DNA from: Gemmatimonadota bacterium
GTDB taxonomy: Bacteria > Gemmatimonadota > Gemmatimonadetes > Gemmatimonadales > GWC2-71-9
Direction: 5' to 3'
Length of the DNA: 64,000 bases
Assembly: GCA_039930765.1 (NCBI GenBank)
Contig: JBDTTF010000185.1
Span: 17,441 to 81,440 of the forward strand
The notes beneath the pieces were generated by a model. That model saw only the letters and a program-made list of their open reading frames with translations, did not search any database and was not told the origin of the DNA. Of the stretch, positions 57,150-64,000 are shown in pieces. Position 1 is the stretch's first letter. Each line of letters begins with the position of its first letter. The position numbers were made by a program, and so were the translations under genes.

Positions 57150-57644
57150 TCACGCCCCGAAGAGCTTGTCGAGCTCGTCTTCAGCTTCGCCGACGAAGCC
57201 GCTTTCCACCTGCGCCTGGTTGTTGCCGGCGCGGGTGAACATTTCCTGGAATACCTGGGTGAGCTGATGTACGGTATTGCGGACCCGGAGCTTGACCAGG
57301 CCCAGTGTCGTGCGGTTGTCGAACAGCACCACGAGGATGACCCGCCGCGCCACGTCCGCCAGGTACATCGATTCCTTCTCACCCTGGTGGAACAGGCTGC
57401 CGAATTCGGGCTCGCCGATCATCCGGGCCAGCTGGTCGTTGGCGCTGAAGTCGGCGGCAGTCAGCGAGGCAAAGGCGGTCGGGTCGAACTCGAACGCCTC
57501 GCCGACGGTGGCCACCATCTGGCCGGTCCGGTCGACGATCAGCCCGGTGCGGGCGTTGGATTCGCGCAGAAATTCGGTCAGGATCACGTGGATCCGCGCC
57601 GAATCCTCTTCGTGAAACGACCAACTCGAAGCCCCTGCCGTCAT
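57150..57644 (-). CDS. mglB: MglB roadblock/LC7 domain protein (GAP)
   Basis: ASLTAA...A..QLA..IGE.EF..LFHQGEK.S, LVVLFDNRTTLGLV.LRV, C-terminal DELDKLF. Confidence 0.93.
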   Translation of the reverse strand: MTAGASSWSFHEEDSARIHVILTEFLRESNARTGLIVDRTGQMVATVGEAFEFDPTAFASLTAADFSANDQLARMIGEPEFGSLFHQGEKESMYLADVARRVILVVLFDNRTTLGLVKLRVRNTVHQLTQVFQEMFTRAGNNQAQVESGFVGEAEDELDKLFGA

Positions 57645-57711
57645 GCGCCTCCCTCGGCTGAGACCAGCATCGCAACACGGCGGGCCGCCGCGAGGACCAT
57701 ACCACTACTCA

Positions 57712-58302
57712 TCACGAGACGTCCTGGCGGGCCAGCAGTGCATGCGCCATGGTTACCCCGTCGACGTATTCCAGCTCACCACCGACCGGGAGCCCGCGGG
57801 CCAACCGGGTAATCCGCACTCCCGAACCCGACAGCCGCTGCTGAAGATAGGTGGCGGTGACCTCCCCTTCCATCGAGGGGTTGGTGGCCAGGATGACTTC
57901 CCGGATGCCGCCGTCCGCCACCCGCTTGAGCAGGGCATCGATCCGCAGGCGCTCGGGGCCGATGCCATCGAGCGGTGACAGCCGCCCGCCGAGCACATGG
58001 TAGCGGCCCCGGAATTCCGTCGACTGCTCGACCACCTGCATTCCGGAGGGTTCCTCGACCACGCAGATCAGTCCGGCATCACGTCGTGGATCGAGACAGA
58101 CCTCACACCGCTCCGATTCGGCCGGGGCGCCACATTCACCGCAGGGCCGGACCTTGTCACCGACCTTGAGCAGCGATTCGGCCAGACGACGGCCCCGCTC
58201 GGGTGGCAGCTGGAGCAAATGGTACGCGATCCGCTGCGCCGACTTGCGCCCCAGACCCGGCAACCGGGCCAGTTCGGTGATCAATTCCTCGAGTGCGCTC
58301 AA
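57712..58302 (-). CDS. recR: Recombination mediator RecR
   Basis: LPGLG.KSAQR, C4 Zn finger, YHVLGG.LSPLDGIGP, ATNPSMEGE.TA.Y, GGELEY.D. Confidence 0.96.
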   Translation of the reverse strand: MSALEELITELARLPGLGRKSAQRIAYHLLQLPPERGRRLAESLLKVGDKVRPCGECGAPAESERCEVCLDPRRDAGLICVVEEPSGMQVVEQSTEFRGRYHVLGGRLSPLDGIGPERLRIDALLKRVADGGIREVILATNPSMEGEVTATYLQQRLSGSGVRITRLARGLPVGGELEYVDGVTMAHALLARQDVS

Positions 58303-58306
58303 GGGG

Positions 58307-58615
58307 TTACAGCGGTGCGGCGCCGGGTGGGACCGGAACTTTCCGCAATTCGGCCTGAACCAGGTCCGCCACTCGGCGCTGGGCCTCCGCCACCGCGGAC
58401 AGTACCAGCACGCTCAGAAACTCCGCGTCATGTCCCGCAAAGGCGTCGGGGTCGATCCGGACGGACCGAATCGTACCGCGCCCGTCCGCTGTGACCCGAA
58501 CCATCCCGCCGCCGGCCTGGGCTTCCACGAGGTGGGAAGCCAGTTCGGACTCGAGTTGCTGCAAGCGACCCTGGGCCTGCTGGGTCAGCTGAAAGAACTG
58601 ATGAAGATCTGCCAT
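58307..58615 (-). CDS. ybaB: YbaB/EbfC nucleoid-associated protein
   Basis: AGGGMV.VT.DG.G....V.IDP; lies between dnaX and recR. Confidence 0.9.
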   Translation of the reverse strand: MADLHQFFQLTQQAQGRLQQLESELASHLVEAQAGGGMVRVTADGRGTIRSVRIDPDAFAGHDAEFLSVLVLSAVAEAQRRVADLVQAELRKVPVPPGAAPL

Positions 58616-58681
58616 GTTCGTCTGAGACCTGCCGGCTGATTTTGAGGAAACTAGGCCCGCCCCACTCCCCCCGCAACCCAA

Positions 58682-60343
58682 CTACTCGACGATCTCGAGG
58701 TCGAGTTCCCGGGCGGCTACCTCAAGCGACGGATCCTTGCGACCGAGCAATGCCAGGCGCTCCGCCTTGGCTTCCGATTCCGAGTATCGGCGGGCCGGCG
58801 CCTGAGCTGAACCGGCCACGGACGCCAGCTTGACCCGGACCGGGCTGACCCCGGTCAGGTCACTGAGGAGGCGGGCCAGCGCGTCGCGGGAGCGCTCCAG
58901 GGTCTCGAGGGCCATCGGGTTGCCCGCCGAAGGCGCCAGGGTCACGTCGCCGCCGGTGACCTCACTGGGGCGGGCGGATGCGAGGGCTTCACCGAGGAAC
59001 CGGCCCTGGACCCGCGCGGCGGCCACGATGTCTTCCCAGCGCTCCACCAATCCTTCGATCGACAACGGAATCGGGGCGACGTTCGACGCTGGCGGATCGA
59101 CCGGGGCGGTTCCGGCGGTCGGCCGATCGAGCGGCGGGGCCACCGGTGCGGCAGGCCGCGGAGTCGATGCGCGGGGTGGCGCGATCGGGGCGGCCGGCGG
59201 AATCGACGCGCCCGACAGCAGCTTCTCAAGACTGACCATCCGGTCGAGCAAGGCCCAGCGCAGCAACAGAGTCTCGACGAGCAGCCGGGCCTGACCGCTG
59301 CGCCGTACCCCGGCTTCGACATCAGCCAGCATCTTCAGCATCCGGAGGACGTCGCCGATTGCCAGCCGCGGCAGCTCACGCTGCAGCACCGCCCGCATGG
59401 CGTCGGTCAGTCCCTCAGGCTCGGCGCCGACCTGCAGCATCATCAGTGACCGGAGAGCATCAGCCAGGCCGCTGATGAACTGGGCCAGGTCCGCCCCCGA
59501 TCCCATCAACCGCTCGATCAGTGGGAATACGTCGGCGGCACGGCGTTCCGCTACCAGCGCCAGGACTTCTCCGTACAGCTCATCATCCACTACCCCGAGG
59601 ATCTGCCGCACCCGGTCCAGTGTGACGGTGCCCTCGCCCATGCTGAGGCACTGGTCGAGGACCGAGAGCGCATCCCGCATACCACCGTCGGCATGCCGGG
59701 CGATGAGGGTCAGGGCGTCCGGTTCGGCCTGAATCCCTTCAGCCGCGAGCACCACGACCAGCCGGGCGCGGATGGCGGTGGCGGAAATCCGCCTGAAGTC
59801 GAAGCGCTGCAGCCGGGAGAGCACCGGTGCGGCGGCCTGGGCAATCTTCTGCGGCTCGGTGGTGGCAAAGACGAACACTACCCCTGGCGGCGGCTCCTCG
59901 AGGATCTTGAGCAGCGCGTTCCAGGCTTCCCGGGTGAGCATGTGAGCTTCATCGACGATGTAGACCTTGTAATGCCCCTCGCGGGAGGCGGCGTACATCG
60001 CCCGTTCGCGCAGGTCCCTGGCATCGTCGACGCCGCGGTTGCTGGCGGCATCGATCTCGACCACGTCCAGGCTGGCCGAGCCGTTCCAGATCCGCAGGCA
60101 GTTCTCGCAGGTGCCGCAGGGCTCGCCGGGTGGCTCGACCTCCGCCTTGCGCTCGCAATTGAGCGCCATGGCGAGGATCCGGGCTGCCGTGGTCTTGCCG
60201 ACGCCGCGCGGTCCGGTCAGCAGATAGCCGTGGCCCACCCGGTCCCTGAGCACCGCGCCCCGGAGGACCTGGGCCACGTGATCCTGGACCAGCAGTTCGC
60301 TGAATCGTCGGGGGCGGTAACGGCGGGCGAGTGCGAGAGCCAT
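58682..60343 (-). CDS. dnaX: DNA polymerase III subunit gamma/tau
   Basis: LARRYRP..F, GPRGVGKTT, EIDAASNRGVDD, IVDEAHML, FATTE, GGMRDALS.LDQ. Confidence 0.96.
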   Translation of the reverse strand: MALALARRYRPRRFSELLVQDHVAQVLRGAVLRDRVGHGYLLTGPRGVGKTTAARILAMALNCERKAEVEPPGEPCGTCENCLRIWNGSASLDVVEIDAASNRGVDDARDLRERAMYAASREGHYKVYIVDEAHMLTREAWNALLKILEEPPPGVVFVFATTEPQKIAQAAAPVLSRLQRFDFRRISATAIRARLVVVLAAEGIQAEPDALTLIARHADGGMRDALSVLDQCLSMGEGTVTLDRVRQILGVVDDELYGEVLALVAERRAADVFPLIERLMGSGADLAQFISGLADALRSLMMLQVGAEPEGLTDAMRAVLQRELPRLAIGDVLRMLKMLADVEAGVRRSGQARLLVETLLLRWALLDRMVSLEKLLSGASIPPAAPIAPPRASTPRPAAPVAPPLDRPTAGTAPVDPPASNVAPIPLSIEGLVERWEDIVAAARVQGRFLGEALASARPSEVTGGDVTLAPSAGNPMALETLERSRDALARLLSDLTGVSPVRVKLASVAGSAQAPARRYSESEAKAERLALLGRKDPSLEVAARELDLEIVE

Positions 60344-60373
60344 GGCGGGCGGCAGGTAATCCAGGAAAGGAAA

Positions 60374-60475
60374 GTGCCCCAGGCACCCCGAAGCGACACC
60401 GGACATCGCTTAGCGCTGCTACCGGCAAGGTCCTGACGCGGTTCGCGCGCCAGCGCCCTTCGGACCTGAGGCGCC
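60374..60475 (-). ncRNA. ffs: Signal recognition particle RNA (4.5S)
   Basis: Minus strand GAACCGCGTCAGGACC-TTGCC-GGTAGCAGCGCTAAGCG carries the CAGG/AGCA symmetric loop in a long hairpin; typical ffs-dnaX synteny. Confidence 0.85.
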
Positions 60476-60861
60476 AGCAATATAGATGGGAACAAGGCAG
60501 GATATCCAGCCGAGGGTCGAACCAATGCTGGCGAATTGCCGGTTGGATGCTGGACGATGCCCCGGTTAAACGACCGGTTGAAAGATGCGGTGGGTCACCA
60601 ATTCGGGTTGTGATGGCCAGGGTGAACCGGCAATGGGCCGACTCAAGTCCGCCAACGGTGGCCAGCTGGGGGTGGAGCTACGTCTTGTCGTATCCAACCA
60701 ATTATTGGACAAGGGCTTATGTCCACTGCTCCCGAACCGACACCGGGGTGCTGTCGATCAGATATTAGACACCACACAGTATAGTCTTTAGTCGCCCCTC
60801 ACAAGCAGATAGCCAATTCTGTACGATCAACCGCCTAACAAATTGGCGATGGAAACAGAAA

Positions 60862-60877
60862 TGGCACCGGTCTTGCA
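60862..60877 (+). promoter_or_regulatory. Sigma54 (-24/-12) promoter of the pilin cluster
   Basis: TGGCAC-CGGTC-TTGCA, near consensus; preceded by an AT-richer upstream region. Confidence 0.75.
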
Positions 60878-60965
60878 AAATGGGTGTGCCAAGCCGGGGG
60901 AAACCCCTTGAGCACAACGTTCAAACATAATCGCCACAATCACTTACATGAATGGAGCAGAAAAA

Positions 60966-61463
60966 ATGCGTTACCTCAAGCCCGTTTCGCTCGCTGTTGC
61001 CGGTCTTCTCATGGGTGGCAATCTTTTGAACGCCCAGAGCGCCAACATCAACGCCACCGCCACCGTGCTGTCTCCGATCACCGTCACGGCGGGCTCCGCT
61101 CTGGCCTTCGGTAACGTGACCCCGGGCGTGGCCAAGACCGTCGCCGCGACCTCGGCCGCCGCTGGCTCCTTCAGCCTGGTCGGCCAGGCTAACCAGGGCA
61201 TCAACGTCAGCTTTACCCTGCCGGCCACTCTGACCGGCCCCGGCACCCCGATGCCAATGAGCGCGTGGACCGGGCTGTACAACTCCGCCAACAACCAGGG
61301 CGCCGCGGCGGCCTTTACTCCGTCGGCCAGCGCGCAGGCCGGCACTACCGCAGCGACCGGTGGCACCTTCTTCGTCTGGGTCGGCGCCACGGTGACTCCG
61401 GCCGCGATCCAGACCGCCGGCGCCTATACCGGCAGCGTGACCATGAACGTGGTCTACCAGTAA
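60966..61463 (+). CDS. DUF4402/Csu-like secreted pilin subunit 1
   Basis: Signal peptide ending LNA-Q; ATATVLSPI, L.FG.V, VGATV, C-terminal GAYTGSVTMNVVYQ. Confidence 0.78.
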   Translation: MRYLKPVSLAVAGLLMGGNLLNAQSANINATATVLSPITVTAGSALAFGNVTPGVAKTVAATSAAAGSFSLVGQANQGINVSFTLPATLTGPGTPMPMSAWTGLYNSANNQGAAAAFTPSASAQAGTTAATGGTFFVWVGATVTPAAIQTAGAYTGSVTMNVVYQ

Positions 61464-61511
61464 ACCACCGCCGATTCACACCACTGACACCTGACACGGC
61501 GGAGATTGATC

Positions 61512-62003
61512 ATGCGGAATTCAAGAATCGTTTCGATGCTCGCGGCGGGGCTGGCGATCGGCGCCAGCGCCCTCCAGGCCCAGAGTGCCACGATCTCGGT
61601 CACGGCGACCGTGCTGTCCCAGCTGACGGCCGCCGCCGGCAACCCACTCACCTTTGGGAGCGTGACGCCGGGAGTGGCCAAGACGGCGGCCGTCGCCGGC
61701 GCATCGGCCGGCTCGTTCAACCTGACCGGCCAGTTCAACACGGGGGTGCAGGTCAGCTTCACCCTGCCGACCAACCTGACCAGCGGGGCCAATACCCTGC
61801 CGATCGGAACCTGGACTGGCCTGTACAACACCGTGAATACCCAGGGCGGCACGGCGTTCACGCCGTCGGCCGGGGGCCAGAACGCGACGCTGTCGGGAAC
61901 AGGACGGTTGTTTCTGTGGCTCGGTGCCACCGTGACTCCGGCCGCAGGGCAGGCGGCGGGCGGTTACACCGGTACGGTCGTGCTCAACGTCGTCTACCAG
62001 TAA
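61512..62003 (+). CDS. DUF4402/Csu-like secreted pilin subunit 2 (paralog of subunit 1)
   Basis: Signal peptide ending LQA-Q; LTFGSVTPG, VSFTLP, WTGLYN, GGYTGTVVLNVVYQ. Confidence 0.78.
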   Translation: MRNSRIVSMLAAGLAIGASALQAQSATISVTATVLSQLTAAAGNPLTFGSVTPGVAKTAAVAGASAGSFNLTGQFNTGVQVSFTLPTNLTSGANTLPIGTWTGLYNTVNTQGGTAFTPSAGGQNATLSGTGRLFLWLGATVTPAAGQAAGGYTGTVVLNVVYQ

Positions 62004-62034
62004 CCCGAGTCAACTCCCGTCCCCGGGAATGACG

Positions 62035-62068
62035 CGCCGGTCGGGGAAGTATCTTTCCCCGGCCGGCG
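62035..62068 (+). other. Strong intercistronic hairpin without a U tract
   Basis: CGCCGGTCGGGGAAG-TATC-TTTCCCCGGCCGGCG, a 15-bp stem including two G-U pairs. Confidence 0.6.
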
Positions 62069-62099
62069 TATCAGTGACCGGCCCGACGAGGACACTCCA

Positions 62100-62561
62100 A
62101 TGGCACGCACCAGCGCACTGTTCGTCCTGATTCTGGCCCTCGGCCTGTCCCGAAGCGTTTCGGCCCAGGCCACCGTGAGCCCGCTCAGGAACCTGACCTT
62201 CGGCCCGGTGATCCAGGGCATCCCGAAGCATATCCTGCCAACGGATGCTTCACTGAGTGGCGAGTTCCAGTTCATTGCGCCGCTCAACAGCAACATCAGG
62301 ATCGCGTTCACCCTGCCGACCCGGCTGAACGGACCGACCGGCGCCACCATGCCGATCTCGTTCAACACCACCGACGGCGTAGCCCAGGGCACCGCCTCGA
62401 ACAGTGTGCCGGCAACGTTCAATCCGAAAGTGTCGAACAATTACCAGCTGATCACCAGCAACCGGATCCTGGTGTTCATCGGCGGTACGGTCAGTCCGAT
62501 CACCACGCAGCGCACGGGGAACTACACCGGAACGATCACCATGACGATCACGATTCTATGA
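62100..62561 (+). CDS. DUF4402-like minor pilin subunit 3
   Basis: Signal peptide ending VSA-Q; NLTFG.V, FTLP..L, IGGTV, GNYTGTITMTITIL. Confidence 0.72.
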   Translation: MARTSALFVLILALGLSRSVSAQATVSPLRNLTFGPVIQGIPKHILPTDASLSGEFQFIAPLNSNIRIAFTLPTRLNGPTGATMPISFNTTDGVAQGTASNSVPATFNPKVSNNYQLITSNRILVFIGGTVSPITTQRTGNYTGTITMTITIL

Positions 62562-63406
62562 TACGCTCCCGAATCCCGGGCCCGATCCGGGTCGTCCTGC
62601 TGATGCTGGCGCTGGCCAGCGAGCTGCGCGCCCAAGGTGTCGTGGTGGCCCCCCATACTGTCTTCATCGACCACCGGGCCCGGAGCGGCCAGCTCTCACT
62701 CTACAATCCCGGCAACGATCCGGTCGAAATCAGCGTGGGCATCTTCTTCGGCTACCCGGTCAGCGACTCGGCCGGCTCCTTCGAGCTCCACACCGTGGAC
62801 ACGCCGGACAGCACGATGCCGTCGGCCGCCGGCTGGATCCAGGCCTTTCCCCGGATCATCACCCTTGGCGCCCGCGAGACCCAGGTGGTCCGGCTGCTGG
62901 CCCGGCCACCGGCCGGCCTGGCCGATGGTGAGTACTGGGCCCGGCTCACGGTCAGTGCCCGTAGCCAGGCTCCCGCCGTCAGCCCGCAGAGGGATTCGGC
63001 CGGGGTATCAATCGGCCTCAATCTCGAGGTCCGTACCGTGCTGCCACTGCTGTATCGAAAGGGGCTGGTGGCCACCGGAATCCGGGTCGACTCGCTGGCA
63101 CTGGCACGGGCCCCCGGCGATTCGCTGGAGGTCCGGGCTCACCTGACCCGGTCGGGTAACAGCGCCTTTCTCGGGATGATCCGGGCGGCCGTGGTCGATT
63201 CGGCCGGCAAGTCCGTCGCCACGATCAAGAGCCCGATCGCGGTCTACTTCGATATGTCACCCCGGATCCGGGTGGCGGCGCCGCCGCTGGCGCCGGGCCG
63301 CTACCGGCTGCAACTGGAAATCGCCAGCGACCGCGACGATCTCCAGCCCAAGGATATTCTCACCATCGCACCAGTCCGGGACTCCCTCGAGGTCCGGCTG
63401 CCGTGA
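62558..63406 (+). CDS. Putative periplasmic pilus chaperone (PapD/EcpB-like, two Ig domains)
   Basis: Signal peptide; V.VAP..VFI, L.NPG..PVEI, WI..FP..ITL...ETQVVRL, L.DGEYW..L, GNSA. Confidence 0.72.
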   Translation: MIRSRIPGPIRVVLLMLALASELRAQGVVVAPHTVFIDHRARSGQLSLYNPGNDPVEISVGIFFGYPVSDSAGSFELHTVDTPDSTMPSAAGWIQAFPRIITLGARETQVVRLLARPPAGLADGEYWARLTVSARSQAPAVSPQRDSAGVSIGLNLEVRTVLPLLYRKGLVATGIRVDSLALARAPGDSLEVRAHLTRSGNSAFLGMIRAAVVDSAGKSVATIKSPIAVYFDMSPRIRVAAPPLAPGRYRLQLEIASDRDDLQPKDILTIAPVRDSLEVRLP

Positions 63407-64000
63407 GTGGAGCGAGGCGGTGGTGCGCCCTGCTGGGCGCCCTGATGCTGGTCACCGCCTCATCCCTCCCCGGGCAGACCGTGGCGTGGAATGCGCATCC
63501 CGCCGATTTTGCCCCGGCCCGCACTCAGGCTGAACCGGTGCTGGTCGAGCTGCACCTGGGCCGAATCACTTCACGGACCGTCGAAGCCTACCGCCAGAAT
63601 TCACGACTGCTGCTGCCGCTGCGCCAGCTGCTCGACCTGACCGAAATCGCCAGCACGACCGAACCGGACAGCTCGATCGCTTTCATTCTTCAGCCGGGCA
63701 ATATCCGCGGCCTGCTGCCCCGCAACCAGGAGCGGCTCGAGGCCGGTCGGAAGTCCATTCCGCTCACCACCGAAAATCACCTCCGGATCAGCGGCGACGA
63801 CTACCTGGCCACCGATGTCCTGACCGAGCTGTTCGGCACCGAGTTCCGGGTCGAGTGGAGTGAACTCGATGTGACCATCATGAGCCCCGAGGTCTTTCCG
63901 CTGGGACAGCGCACCGCGCGCGAGAGTGCCCGCCGGGGTTTTCATGGACAGGTGGATGAGACGGCGGCGCCTGACGTGCGACTGGGGCTCGACCGGCGGT
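63403..64000 (+). CDS. 5' part of a large secreted protein, putative usher-like outer membrane assembly protein (truncated by the window edge)
   Basis: GTG overlapping the chaperone stop; frame open to the window end: MSGARRWCALLG...VLVELHLGRI...LLLPLRQLLDLTEI...DDYLATDVLTELFG...FPLGQRTARE. Confidence 0.55.
   Translation, partial: MSGARRWCALLGALMLVTASSLPGQTVAWNAHPADFAPARTQAEPVLVELHLGRITSRTVEAYRQNSRLLLPLRQLLDLTEIASTTEPDSSIAFILQPGNIRGLLPRNQERLEAGRKSIPLTTENHLRISGDDYLATDVLTELFGTEFRVEWSELDVTIMSPEVFPLGQRTARESARRGFHGQVDETAAPDVRLGLDRR

Noticed and set aside
58682-60343. Programmed frameshift site in dnaX
   Set aside because: No A-AAA-AAG or long A-run slippery sequence seen on the coding strand.

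Overview
High-GC, gene-dense chromosomal window. Gene content and order (short FCB-type RpoD-like sigma, dnaX-ybaB-recR-mglB-mglA-pgsA-cinA, bshB1-iscS-mnmA) suggest Gemmatimonadota; this is an inference. Most genes are housekeeping (tmk, prmC, prfA, rpmE, lnt, yajQ, met genes, larE, arfB, comM, ppk1, dnaJ/grpE, recR, dnaX, SRP RNA). I saw no rRNA, tRNA, CRISPR array, integrase or transposase. The most unusual items are: (1) an operon after a CRP-type regulator, with a CRP box, that joins a metallo-beta-lactamase-fold hydrolase, a CsgG/TPR-like protein, an MlaE/MlaF/MlaD (MCE) set whose ATPase has lost its catalytic motifs, and a GAF-HD-GYP phosphodiesterase; (2) a two-tier leader before the metY operon: promoter, SAM-II-like riboswitch, terminator, Met/Cys-rich leader peptide, and a classical attenuator; (3) a sigma54-driven cluster of three cysteine-free DUF4402-like pilins with a chaperone and an usher-like gene; (4) an SRP RNA with a UUGCC loop where the GNRA tetraloop normally sits; (5) a MacAB-TolC-like system with two heterodimeric permease pairs; (6) several apparently leaderless genes and families of short intergenic repeats. 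All family calls come from motif recognition by eye; no database searches were run.
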